Shown in pieces: positions 38,961 to 51,759 of a stretch of 64,000 nucleotides of DNA (position 1 is its first letter; every line of letters begins with the position of its first letter). A model generated the notes under the pieces. That model worked only from the letters and a program-made list of their open reading frames with translations, was not told the DNA's origin and did not search any database. Both the position numbers and the translations under genes were made by a program. This DNA comes from Mustelus asterias (lineage: Eukaryota), in contig NC_135801.1 in assembly GCF_964213995.1 (NCBI RefSeq), positions 71,982,001-72,046,000 on the forward strand. The letters run 5' to 3'.

Positions 38961-39696
38961 GTCATATGCTTAATTATGAAACCTTCACCTTACAACAAGC
39001 AGAACTGCCAGCTATTCATCCAAATAAACATTGCCAATAGCACCAGGGTCCAATTATTTCTTGACTTTTAAATGAGCTTTCCTGCAGGGAGAAGGGCTGC
39101 GGAAGTCCTATATTGTGATTTCAATCTCTAATGGTTTGAATGAGTTTTGCTAAACCATTAGGGAACCTCCAGGTAAATTATCTGCTTGCTTTTGTCGGTG
39201 GTTGCAGAACTGAGCAGATGCTGGGGGATTGGAAAATCAGGCGAAGACCATTCTCAGTGGATCTATTCCTAGTCTGCACCAAGTGTGACATTTTGGATGG
39301 GCGAAAGGTCATGAACAATGGAACCGAGATTAGAGGGGGTGATAATTAGCTTGTGCAAAAATAATTCTCAACCTCAGCTTGAATATTGAGTACAGTTTTG
39401 GGCAATGTGCCACAGTTGACACAGAGGATAGGAAGTAAATTTTAGTTGGTAAACAATTGGATTGGCTACCTGAATTTTCAAGGAAGGTGAAAAGTGTGAG
39501 GGATATTCACATTGGAAAAATTAAGTACTAAAGATATTCAAAGCAATAGATCAACACTAAATGATGTTCATTATGTAGTTCAGTGGAAGTTTTTGTGGAA
39601 AACAAGGAGATTCCCCCAAAAAACCTAGAATAGAAGGACAGAAAATAAGATTAATACACAGTTAAGATTTACCTAGGAGGCAGTAGATGCGAGAGA

Positions 39697-40060
39697 AAAA
39701 AAGACTTGCATTTATATAGCACCTTTCATGACATCTAGGCATTTCAAAGCACATTGCAATCAATAAAAGACTTTTGAAGTGTAGTCATTGTTATAGTGTG
39801 GCAAACGTGCTAGCCAATATAGGCACAGAAAGCTGCCAAGAGCAGTAATGTGATAATAAACAGATAATCTGTGAATTCTTTTGTGATGTTGATTAAGCAA
39901 TAAGTACTGATCAGGACACCAGCAGTACCTCCCTTGTCCTTGAAAATAGTGCCATGGGATCTTTTATGTCTACCTTGGAAAGCTGACGGGATTTTGCTTT
40001 AATGCCTTATCCAAAAGATGGCATGTCTGACAATGCCTTACATCCTCAGACCTGCCAGCC
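39697..40060 (-). mobile_element. Deu-domain SINE, old; followed by a ~48-bp PLE pLTR scrap (40063-40110)
   Basis: GACTTGCATTTATATAGCACCTTT tail and AATAGTGCCATGGGATCTTTTATGTC Deu-like core. Confidence 0.75.
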
Positions 40061-40764
40061 TGGATAAACCTGTTGGACTTTAACCTGGTGTTGTTAAACT
40101 TCTTTCTGTGCTCAAGCAGGTGATGTGATAAATTTTAAGAGGTTGATGTGTACATTTTTGGTAGATATGGCCTTTGAACAGAATCAGCGATAAAGTAGGA
40201 TAAAAAGTCAGTTATCTTTGGGACTGGCTCAGTGACTGAAAATAGTCATTTCCATTCCTGCATGACCCCTTGTTCCAAAGTAAATGGGACATAAGGAAGG
40301 GTGAAAATTAGTAAGTATGCATTCTGATATGTTATGCCTAACAATGTTCTCCTGGATCTTCCTTTATTTCCGAAAAAGAGCAAGGAAAAAGTTACCCATT
40401 GGTCATTGGGTAGATTTGTTTTCACTTTTGTGCTGCATCAGGGGTTAGCGTTAATGTCAGTTGAGAGGACAATCTGTGTGGTTGTACCATTTAATACATA
40501 AGGTGAACATTGATGGGTTAAAGGTCTTTTCTTTCTAAGTAATAAGAACATGAAGAGATTCCTGATAAACTTTCCCAGCAGCAGACATCCTGTGACAATC
40601 ATTCATTGAAAAGATCTTCACCCCCATCTGCTCGATGGAATGAACCATTCCCTCCATTTTTACAAAATATCATTGTTAAATGCACACACACTGACATCAA
40701 ATTCTACATCAACTCAACCAGCATGGATCCCATTCCTTTCAGTAGCCTTTCCCTCACTGGATAT

Positions 40765-42350
40765 TGCACAGGTGCCAAAGGACTGGAGGACAGCTAATGT
40801 GGTTCCACTTTTCAAGAAGGGCGGTAGAGATAAACCAGGGACCTATAGACCAATGAGTCTCACATCAGTGGCAGGGAAACTATGGAGAAAATTCTGAAGG
40901 AGAGACTTTACAGCCTTGCTCGAGCGAGACCGGAAAATCCCACCCGAGATCAATGGACATTTACGTTGTATGCCCCTTGCCTGCTCTGATTCCGTGGCAG
41001 ATGGGGCAGTAGAATTCCAGCGTTAATCTCCAGTTGGAGAGGCAAGGTTTGATCAGGGATAGTCTGCATGGCTTTGTCAGAGGGAGGCCATGCCTAACAA
41101 ATTTGATTTAATTTTTTGAGGAGGTGACCGCGTGTGTAGATGAGGTTAGGGCAGTTGATGTAGTTTATATGGATTTCAGCAAAGACTTTGGCAAGGTTCC
41201 ACACTGGAGACTGACGAAGAAGGTAAAAGCACATTTTATCCATCGAAAGTTGGCAAGTTGGATCCAAGACTGTCTTAGTGCCAGGAGACAGAGAATGGTG
41301 ATAAAGGACTGTTTGTGCGACTGGAGGTTGGTGTCCAGTGGCATACCACAGAGATCAGTACTAGGTCCCTTATTGTTTGTGATACATATAAATAAGATAG
41401 ATGAGAATGTTGGGGGGGATGATAAGTAAGTTTGCAGATGACACAAGATTGGCAGGGTAATTAATAGTGAGGAACAAGATCTTAGGTTCCAGGAAGATAT
41501 GGATGGGTTGGTCAGATGGGCAGGTCAGTGGCAGATGGAATTTAACCCTGAAAAGTGCGAGGTGATGCACTTTGGAAGGAATAACAAGATGAGGTGGACT
41601 CAGTGAATGGCAGGACACTCAGAAGCCCAGAAGAACAGAAGGGGGCGTGACAGCTTAATAGGTAGCTAAGAAGGCATACGGGACACTTGCCTTAATCAGT
41701 TGTGATATAGATTATAAGAGCAGGGAGGTTATGTTGGAGCTGGACAAACTTTGGTTCGGTCACAGCTGGAGTACTGTGTATGGTTCTGGTCACCTCACTA
41801 TAGGAAGGATGTAATTGCACTGGAGAGGGTGAAGAGAAGATTCACCAGGATGTTGTCTCATTTGAGCTATGAAGAGAGGCTGGGTAGGCTCGGGTTGTTT
41901 TCTTTAGAGCAGAGAAGGCTGAGGGGGGACCTGATTGAGGTGTGTAAGACCATGAGATGTATAGACATGGAGGATAAGAAGCAGCTGTTCCCCTTAGTTA
42001 AAGGTTCAATAACGAGGGAGCATAATTTTAAGTTGAGGGGCAGGAGATTTCGAGGGGATTTGAGGAAGACCTTTCTCACCCAGAGGGTGGTGGGAGTCTG
42101 GAATGCACTGCCTAGGAAGGTAGTACGGGCAGCAAACCTCACAATCTTTAAAAAGTAGGTGGCTAAGCATTAAAGGCTATGGGCCAAATGCTGGAAAGTG
42201 ATTTCTCCATTGGCCTCAAGCGAGATTGTACAAACCTTGGGCGGACGTGCCAGTAAAATTTTGCCCTCAGTGTTGTTTTGTCGGTGCAAACTTGATAGGC
42301 CGAAGGGTTTCTTATGTACTATATAACTCTATGACTATGACTCTATAACA
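40765..42350 (+). mobile_element. CR1/HER1-like LINE, 5'-truncated and decayed; MITE nested at ~40898-41022
   Basis: DWRTANVVPLFKKG, VDVVYMDFSK, ORF 41751; tail GTCGGTGCAAACTTGATAGGCCGAAGGG..CTCTATGACT resembles the HE1 SINE tail. Confidence 0.9.
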
Positions 42351-43730
42351 CTGTTGGAATAAACAAGTGAATTTTGTACTTTTATTAGTGAGTTGCGCAT
42401 GTACATAATGTTATTTTCCCCAGTGCTTTCTTCTGATGACAATCTCGAGTGAATTTTCACACCTCATTGTCAAAGAAGCAAATTGGCCTGCAATAAACAT
42501 TGCTTTAGGCACTAAACAATTTCACAAGATTTCTCATTAATTGTATGCTGCTGCAGCTTCTGAAGAAGGGGAGGAATAGAGCTGTCAGGCCTCTGTGAAG
42601 ATCCAATATTCTCCACCTATGATTGAAATTTTAGAGATCCTTGCTACTTTCTCTTGATGGGGCAGTGTCTAGCTCAATGGGATAAATGCTTTTGCACATG
42701 CCGATTAACAGCAGCATCTTAAAAGGTACATCTACAAGGGCATAAGTGTGCAAAAATATTTACTTTTCATGGACATATCACAAAAAATGATATATTCTGA
42801 ATAGAGTTTATCATTGGCATACATTAATATAAAATATTTGATCACAGGACTTCCCTGGCTGCTCTCTGAGTTTGCACAGTAACTCAGGCGTAGAGATTAA
42901 AATGCTGTCGACCCTTAGTAAGCAAACGTTAAATGTTTTATCATTCACAAGCTGAGTTTCAGTCCTGACAAAGGAATGTGGTGATGTTAGTTCAGAAGTA
43001 CATTCCATGGTAAAGTTAATGAATGCATGTGACTTTACATGTACTTCTTAAAACTCACTTTAAGGTCACATTTTGATATGAAGTGCTTTCTATCGTAAGG
43101 ACTAATCTACACTTGTACCCTTGCCATCAAAGGCCATCAACCAGTTAGATATTTAATTACTTCGGAGATCTTTAATAAATTCATAAAACATATGAATAGG
43201 GTTCAAATATTGGTGCTTTTATTTTGTCAGCTAAGTGCATACATTAAGCAAGTCACAATATTTGATGCAGTTATAAATGTAAACGGGAAAAAGTGGAAAC
43301 ATGACTAAACATAAAAATGTGAAGAAAATAAGAGCAGAAGAAAATGCACTGACCCAGTTTTTCTTTCAGCGCAGTTTCCCCAAAATAGGCCAAACCATAC
43401 AAAAAAATTGAGAAATTTCAAGCACAAATGATGTCCAGTGGTAAATTGAGTCTCTGCAAATTCCTGATGCTGGTTAAAAAATTATGATGTTGCCAGATTG
43501 CCCTACCAACAAAACTGACCACACACACAGCTTGAATTAATCATCATTGCAAATTTTCACTCATTGTACCCATTTGTACGGTATTGAGGATGTTCTTATG
43601 ATTAAGCACTTTTTAGGCGTAAAATATTTTATTAAATAGTTTGCTAAGAAACTGGTTAGTGTACACCCATGCAACTAGTAAATGTTTCCGAACAGTTTTT
43701 TTAGAATCATTTTCAGTTATTTAAAATCAG

Positions 43731-43867
43731 GGCCGGAATTCTCTAGCTGTTTACGTTCCCCCCGCCGCTGCCAGAGAGGTCGGAGAATTTGATGCTCAGA
43801 CAAATCTCTGTTCACTCCTGCGGGATGGGAGAATCTCAGTGGTGTGAACGGCTGGAGACTCCTGCTC
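43731..43867. mobile_element. ~137-bp MITE
   Basis: Imperfect TIRs GGCCGGAATTCTC / GGAGACTCCTGCTC; flanks CAG / CTG. Confidence 0.55.
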
Positions 43868-44089
43868 CTGGTTACTCAGAGATGAGTGATTGGACCGATT
43901 GATTAAAAGTGCTGATATTTAGCGATAAATCCATTTTCAGTTGTATTAATAAAACTGCATGAGGTTACTAAAACATCAAAAATCTATCAATATCAGATCT
44001 GAAAGTTAACAACTGATCTAGTGTCTACTGCCAGTTGCAGAAGAAAATTCTAACCTTTACGAATGTTTGTGCAAAAGGATCTTTTATAA

Positions 44090-45070
44090 TTTCACTCCTG
44101 AATGTTCTGGCTCTAATTTTTTGACTGTGCCCCTAGTTCCTTACTGCCTAACCAGCAGAAATAATTTCAGTCTGTCTACCATAACTGCACCCTTAATAGC
44201 ATAAAAGATTCCATCAAATCAGATTTACCATCTAAATCCTGGGGAATGCAACCCTAGTTTATGTATTTTCTTCCTGTAACGTAACCATCTGAGTTAAGTT
44301 ATCATTCCAATAAACCAAAGCTGCATTCCCTCCAAGGCCAACATATTTTTCCCAAGGTGTGGTGTCCAGAACTGCTCACTGTACTCCAGGTGTGGTCTAA
44401 CCAGGGTTTTTTAAAGATGAAACATGACCTCTATCCCTTGTATTCTGTTCTTTCAGCGTTTCATTAGCCTTCTTAATTATTTTTATACATTAAGAAGTCT
44501 CACAGCACCAGGTTAAAGTCCAATAGGTTTATTTGGTATCACAAGCTTTCGGAGCGCTGCTCCTTCATCAGGTCACTCACTCACCTGATTCCAAATAAAC
44601 CTGTTGGATCTAAACCTGGTGTTCTGAGACTTCTTACTGTGCCCACCCTAGTCCAATGCTGGCATCTCCACATCATGGCTACCATCAACACCGCAAACAC
44701 CTGGCTCAAAGTGGAGAGGAGTTACTCACCTGATGAAGGAGCAGCGCTCTGAAAGCTCGTGATTCCAAACAAAACTGTTAGACTTTAACCTGGTGTTGTG
44801 AGACTTCTTACTGTTCCCACCCCAGTCCAATGTTGGCATCTCCACATCAGTTTTGTACATATTCATGATATTTTATGTACCTGTACAAATTCTCTCCAGT
44901 CCCAACCCTTCAAATGTCTTTGGCTCTCCACTGTTTCTATTTAGAAACCACCTTGTTTTATCCTTTATCTGTCCAAACTGGGAGACATCAGGTTTGCATA
45001 CATTGTAATTCACGGTTTTGCCATTCACTTAATCTATCTATATCTCTGTAATTTTATGCTACCATGTACA
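44090..45070 (-). mobile_element. Old CR1 3' fragment interrupted by a mini-PLE
   Basis: CCCTCCAAGGCCAA..GTACTCCAGGTGTGGTCTAACCAG (antisense of the RPHLEY region). Confidence 0.7.
44491..44849. mobile_element. Mini-PLE: inverted pLTR arm, pLTR tail, putative ORF start, second pLTR
   Basis: TSD TTTTATACAT (44481-44490) / TTTTGTACAT (44851-44860); hammerhead cores at ~44540-44574 (-) and ~44727-44761 (+). Confidence 0.85.
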
Positions 45071-45077
45071 TTACTTG

Positions 45078-45275
45078 TATAAAAACAGAAAATGCTAGGT
45101 AAACTTAGCAGGTCTGGAGCATACACGGAGAGAAAAATAGAGTCAGCATTTCGAGTCCAATAGGAATCTTCTTCACAACTTCCAGTTCTGTACGAGAGTT
45201 ATATAGACTTGAAACATTGACTCCCTGCTTGTTCATGACATCTGTGCCTTGATGTGTCCTAGACACTGCATTTCC
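45078..45275. mobile_element. Degenerate inverted-repeat remnant of the old PLE family terminus
   Basis: Left arm matches 260-370; right arm is a degenerate inversion. Confidence 0.55.
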
Positions 45276-45544
45276 CCCACCCCCACTCCCACCCCCACTC
45301 CCACCTCCATCCCCACGCCTCCCAATTAAAAATTTCAAACAGCATCTGAGTCTGTTGATCTTCATATTCATTGATCAAAGTTTAATACATGCCAGGTTTG
45401 TAACTGTGTTGGGGGAGTGGAAGAGTTGGGTTTCTCATCAAATCCACTGCTGTCACGGATTGTTGGCTGTGGTGTAGGGTTGCAAGGCCTACTGTGTACC
45501 TAGTGGTGGAGCAGTGAAAAACAGGTCACAACCTCAGACGTTTT

Positions 45545-47098
45545 GGCTGGGATTCTCCCAAAAAAAATCTAAGTGCCCAATGTGCAGGAAAACGTGATTA
45601 TTTCCCACCTGTTGTTTGGGCATACTAACCAGAGCGAATCTCTGACATTCTGTGCATTGCAGAGTGGCTCAGCGGGATTCACTCTGGTAAATGGTGGGTG
45701 GGGCCTATTCCCTCCCGAGAGGCCGACAGCATAATGCTGTGTGGGCCACTGCGCATGCACCGATCTGTCAGAACAGAGATCGGCGCATTCACAGTGGCCA
45801 CCCATTGCCAGCCTCCCAATCGCTGGCCAGCCCCACAATCCCCCCATCGCTGGCCTCCCAACCCTCCCCACCCTCTGATCGCTGGCCTCCCAGACCTCCC
45901 CGGGCCAACCCCTATATCCCCCCACCCCCAGTCAGCCTCGATCTCCCTGGCCAGCCTCGAACCCCCCACCCTGATGGCCAGCCTTGAACCCCCCCACCCC
46001 GATGGCCAGCCCTGATCCCCCCCACCCTGATGGCCTGCCCTGGTCACCTCCTCCCTCCCTCCCTCCCTCCCTCACCGATCCCAATTGCAGAGTCACAGTG
46101 GGTCCAGCCCCACTGATCGCGCTCCCCCCATAGGCCCTGCCCCCTCTGGCCCTGCTCCCTTGGCACTACCTGGTGCCCAGTGTGTAGTGCCAAGATGTCC
46201 CTTGGACAGTGCCAGGGTGCCAGGTTGACACTGCCCTAGGGGCACCCCCTCCTTACCCCCGACTTCCCAGGGGGCGCTCAATAGCCTCAGTTCCCTCCAG
46301 TGGGGTGAGGGCGCCTTTTAGTGGGGAGTAGTTGTAAACCTTGCTGGAGGGAACCACTCCCAGTTGCAGATGTTGCAGATGTATAGAACGTTGGTTCGGC
46401 CGCATCTGGAATACTGCGTCCAGTTCTGGTCGCCACACTACCAGAAGGACGTGGAGGCTTTGGAGAGAGTACAGAGGAGGTTTACCAGGATGTTACCTGG
46501 TATGGAGGGGCTTAGTTATGAGGAGAGATTGGGTAAACTGGGGTTGTTCTCCCTGGAAAGACGGAGGATGAGGGGAGACTTAATAGAGGTGTATAAAATT
46601 ATGAAAGGCATAGATAGGGTGAACGGTGGGAAGCTTTTCCCCAGGTCGGTGGTGACGTTCACGAGGGGTCATAGGTTCAAGGTGAAGGGGGGGAGGTTTA
46701 ACACAGATATCAGACGGACATACTTTACACAGAGGGTGGTGGGGGCCTGGAATGCGTTGCCAGGCAAGGTGGTGGAGGCGGACACACTGGGAACATTTAA
46801 GACTTATCTAGACAGCCATATGAACGGAGTGGGAATGGAGGGATACAAAAGAATGGTCTAGTTTGGACCAGGGAGCGGTGCGGGCTTGGAGGGTCGAAGG
46901 GCCTGTTCCTGTGCTGTATTGTTCTTTGTTCTTTGTTCTTTGTTCAGTGAGGTGGGAGATGCTAGCGGGCCCAAAGAATACCGTCCCAGTGTTACGCTCA
47001 AAAATAGCACCTGGGAGATGTCACTCCAGGCCCCCTGTTGGTGTCTCCTGGGCTGTTGCGCTGCTCAAGCAGCACGCGATGCTGGGAGAATCCCGGCC
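45545..47098. mobile_element. GC-rich non-autonomous DNA transposon (PIF/Harbinger-type) with nested CR1
   Basis: TIRs GGCTGGGATTCTCCCA / TGGGAGAATCCCGGCC (15/16); TTT flanks; internal ~22-bp tandem repeats at 45950-46040. Confidence 0.8.
46367..46944 (+). mobile_element. CR1 3' fragment, same subfamily as 2555-6445
   Basis: Open 165-aa ORF nearly identical to 5890-6365; (TGTTCTT)n tail. Confidence 0.95.
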
Positions 47099-47344
47099 TT
47101 TGTGTTTATCTTTGTTTGTGCTAAATGCTGAAGCTGTGGTTAGATTCTGAAGGGTAATGACAGTGAATATTTACAGTTTGCTACCAAAATACCCCAAAAT
47201 TCAAGCTCACTGTGTGACCATTGAAAAAGGATGAAAACCACCATGTCTCCATGAATTTAACCACAAAGCTAAAAATAGGGGCCTGGAGTCTCCATTAGCT
47301 TGTGTTGTTTTTTTTCAGTGCAATTTGCTCTATATTTTCTTTAA

Positions 47345-48080
47345 ATTTATTATTTCACATGATGCGAATGTCGCTGGCCAGGCCAGCATATGTTGCCCAT
47401 TCCTAATTGCCTTTGAAAGGTGGTGGCAAGCTGCCTTCTAGAAATGTTGCAGTCCATGTGGTGTAGGTACATCCACAGTGCTGTTGGGAAGGGAGTTCCA
47501 GGATTTTGACCCAGTGAAAAGGTCAAAAACCTGGAACAATGATATAGTTCCAAGTCGGGATGGTGTGTGACACGAAGGGGAACTTGCGGGTGATGGTGTT
47601 TCCATGCATCTGCTGCCCTTGTCCTTCTAGATGGTAGAGGTTGCAGGTTTGCAAGGTACTGTCAAAGGAGCCTTGGTGAGTTGCTGTGGTGTACCTTGGT
47701 ACACACTGCTGCCACTGTGTGCCGGTGGTGGAGGGAATGAATTTTGAAGGTGATGAACAGGGAGGCAGTCAAGTGGGCTTCCTTGTCCTGGATGGTTTTG
47801 AGCTTCCAGAATGATGCTGGAGCAGCACTCATCCAGGCAAGTGCAGAGTGTTCCATCACACTCTTGACTTGCGCCATGTAGATAGTGGAGAGTATTTGGA
47901 GTGTCAGAAGGTGAGTTATTGACCGCAGTATTCCTAGCTTCTGACCTACTCTTGTAGGCAGTGAATCTTCTAGTACACACTTCTATCCAGGTCTTGCTGC
48001 ATATGGACATGGACTTCTTCAGTATCTGAGGAATCAAGCATAATACTGAACATTGTGCAATTAGCAGGCAGAATGCAGAT
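47345..48080 (-). mobile_element. Second LINE family (CR1/L2 group), 3' fragment
   Basis: ORF 47662..47877 (AQVKSVMEHSALAWMSAAP), a non-LTR ORF2 C-terminus-like segment; tail shared with SINE family 3. Confidence 0.75.
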
Positions 48081-48589
48081 TTGAAGTTATTAAATGGTGG
48101 AGCAGGTGCAAGGGGCTCAATGACCTATTCCTGCTCCTTGTTGGTATCTTTGTATGAATGACACCGCTGCTGACCTTAAGTTGGAGGAAAGGTCATTGAT
48201 GAAGCAACTGACGATGGTGAGCCTAGGACACTAACTCCTGCAGTGATGTCCTGGAACTGAGATTATTGCCATCATTGAGGGTGCAATATTTGTAGAACCT
48301 CCTCTTCCAGCTAGTTGTTTAATTGTCTACAAATTATTTACTACTGGATGTGGCAAAACTGTAGAGTTTAGAACTGATCCATTAGTTATGGGATTGCTTA
48401 GCTCTGCCTTTGCATGCTGTTTCCGCTGTTTGGCATGCAAGTTGTCCTGTTTTGTAGCTCCATCAGGTTCTCACCTCATTTTTCGGTACACCTGGTGCTA
48501 CTTCTGGCATGTTTCACACCCAGAGTACATTCTGTGCCCTTTTCACCCTGAATGAGTCTTCCAATTGGTATTTAATATGGAGGAGAACT

Positions 48590-48847
48590 GATGTTACATG
48601 CAACCACCACCTGCAAGTCCCCCTTCAAGTCATACACCATCCTGACTTGGAACTATAATCACCACTGCTTCACTGTCACTGGGTTAAAATCTGTGACACC
48701 TTTCCTAACAGCACTGTGGGTGTACCTACACCACATAGACCGTAACAGTTCAAGAAAGCGGCTCCAGCACCTTCTTAGGAGCAATTAGGGATGGGCATTC
48801 AATGCGGGGCTTGCCAATGATGGTCACATCTGAAAGAATAAAAAAAT
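48590..48847 (+). mobile_element. Second LINE family 3' end (opposite orientation; further decayed pieces at 48160-48590)
   Basis: CTAACAGCACTGTGGGTGTACCTACACCACA..GCAATTAGGGATGGGCA and A-rich end. Confidence 0.75.
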
Positions 48848-51632
48848 TGTCAAAGGAATAGCTAAGCATTAATTTGCTAATATTAACAGCAGCAATTCTT
48901 AATCTGCATCCCACAAACCTCTGCTTTCATTATTCTTGAATGATTAAAGCCAACATATCATTTTGGTAACTTAATAAAATCAATTGAGCACAATGAGATA
49001 CTAACAGCAGGATTTAAACTCGCATCCTATTTTATATTGGGAGTTTATTCCATTATTGTTGGTGTAAATAGAAGTTATCGGGAGAATTACCTGTAATTTT
49101 ACTCAACAAAAAAAAATGGAATGAAAGGAAATGAGTTTAAGGTGTTATCCTCGAAGAATGTATTTTGTTACTCAGCTACCTGCTAATGCATCACATCAAT
49201 GGGACTTCCAATGTTCAAACCGCCGTATTATCTAAAGTAGGTTATTCTATCTAACAAGGTTGTCACATTGACTGTATGAAACAAAATCCACGCATGGCCA
49301 CAGACTGTCAACTTCCAAGACAATAAGAGCAGGAAGATTTCATTAGCTAGTTAAATATGTAGTATCCTTTTGCAAATAAACAGCCCTCTGTGCCACAAAA
49401 CTAGAAGTCAACTAACCAGCACTTTGTCAGTGGCTTTACAAAGCTCATTCCAAACATAGAGAAAAGTCTGATCAGTTGAATATAAATTTAAAGGGTGCTG
49501 GTTTTTTAAAAAAGTACATTGCAACATTAAAATGAAGTTAATTGTTCTGCATTCAATGTGTGAGCATCAGGTGTCGCATTCACGTAAGCATGCCTAATGG
49601 GCTTATAACCAGCACAGCTCTTAAATCATTAACTAAGCGACAGTAAGGCTGAGAAACATTGTCATGTGTAAGGAGAGTATGTAGATGCATTTCAATTGTA
49701 ATTATCTTTATCACGTGGCAAACATGAATAAATGTTGCATTTTACTGTCCGGGAGAAGACTGTGTCAATCTTTCAACCATTTTTCTGGGGAATTTCAGGC
49801 AGTAATAAATGTACACTTGCATGCTGAGAGGATTTAAACATTAATGAGGCCGTTGTCTTGCTACTTAAACCTTGGGGAAGTAGATGGCTTATTTACCTGA
49901 ACTATAATAAATTATAATTGATTTTTAACAATGCATTTTAAAATATTTCATTGTCATGACAGCAGAACCCATTAGATTTTAATGATATAAATGACATTCC
50001 AGTTTCACTCTTTTGTACTCACTACACAATGAAATTGTTGTCTTTTGTGGGGATCATGCTAGTGAATGCACAGAATTCTACTTGTTCCTCTAGAGACAGC
50101 TCAAAACGCTTTGTATAAAAGCAATCACTAGCTTATCTATCTTAACCCTGAAAGTACTTGCCATTGCTTCAACTTCACTGACAATGTTAAATTCCAGCTT
50201 ATTCAGCATAGTAAGGGTTACACAATAACAATGGATATATTCTCCAAGTCGATACATGGCACAGTTATCTCGGGTCTCAAGTGAACACTGGCATTAGATG
50301 ATACATTATCGTCAGTTAAAGAGACTTGAATTATCTGGCAGGAAAAATAAAAGTCTGATGCTGGGAACAAATAGCCTGTACCAATACCAGCAGCAATGCT
50401 TCCCCTTGTGAATTTTCCAGATAGTTGTAGGCTGTCAGTGTTTGAAGACGTTAAACTGTCACATCTTTGCAGCTAAATTTTAATCCAAAAATTGCACAGT
50501 TGGAGAATTGTGCTGGTGAACTGATGTGTGGAGCTGAACAGAATGGAAATCAATGGGTTCTGCGTCTAGTAATTAAACTGTGGCTCTGGCCTGTAGCCCC
50601 AAATAGTTAAATATTTGAATTGCAGAACAGACCATCACTCTGATCCGCCTGCAATTAATTATAAGTTCTTGATTAGGCCATTAGTTGGAATGATGGTGCA
50701 GTGTCATCCCATTCATTCTATGTCCACGAAGGTGTTAATGTTGCTTGATGTACTGGTTAGAAGTGATCCAACCTAATCTGTTGACCACTCAAACCTAATG
50801 TGGTTTGCCCATTTGAAGCAAGATTTAATCATTTTGCGTTAAATGTTTCAACTGTTTTTGTGTCTTTCTCCCAAAAGATACATTTTCTATCAGCTGTTCT
50901 CCATACTGTAAACAAGGCTTAGCTTACCTCTGTTGTTGGCGTTATTTACCCATGAAAATTGACCTTCGATCACATTAGGGGGTGTTCGTATTGTACATTT
51001 GTTGCCTTGGAGTGGCAAGTGGTGGTTCTCTGTCCGAAAGTGATGTGTCTACTGAGATCAGGTGAAGTTCTCATAAAAAACACATTTTGATTGTAAAGTA
51101 AGCTGCCAATATTTCTCAAATATTCAAAGCTCAAATCAATTTCCCTCTCGCCATTTTTTAGTGCTTTAGGATGTTTACGTGATGGGATCGTATCCTTTTT
51201 GGTTATCTGTAAACATGGAAAAATAACTCCTGTTGTCTCATTTTAAAGTATCCTTGCATAATGCTGTTTCCGTGGGACTTCAATAGGTTTGACAAATTGA
51301 ATCAATTCTAAAGGGGCAACAAAATTTGCAACCTAAATTCATAATGCTTCAACTAATTATTTGCTTTTCTCATATGCTACTTGCTCCCCATATCTGGACT
51401 GTCAAAGGAAGAAGAATTACAAATTGAAAACTCCACCATTCGATCCTCCTGATCACTAATCAATGAACCCAGTTGGAAATGTGCACGTGTGTGTGCCTGT
51501 ATCTGTCTGCTCATTGGGCGAGGACAGCTTGGATTTAGTTCTAATACCTTCCATTGTTAAATAACTTTCCAATACGCTTCCTGCTGGATTTCATCACTGA
51601 CCATCTCTGCTTCCTCCAACCTTATAGACAGT

Positions 51633-51757
51633 GGGCAAGATTTTACAGCCTCGCTCAGGCGAGACTGGAAGATTCCACCCGAGGTCCACGGAGATTTCCA
51701 TTGTGGGAGCCTCGCCCGCGCCGATTCTGGGATGGGCGAGGTGGTAGAGTTCAGGCC
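51633..51757. mobile_element. ~125-bp MITE (family of 518, 15341, 40898)
   Basis: Shared internal GGAAGATTCCACCCGAGGTC; flanks AGT / ACT. Confidence 0.7.
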
Positions 51758-51759
51758 AC

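Noticed and set aside
45569-46281. Pro/Gly-rich ORFs (also 57695-58485) and CpG-island-like promoter
   Set aside because: GC-rich interior of TIR-bounded MITEs; the frames are open because of base composition.
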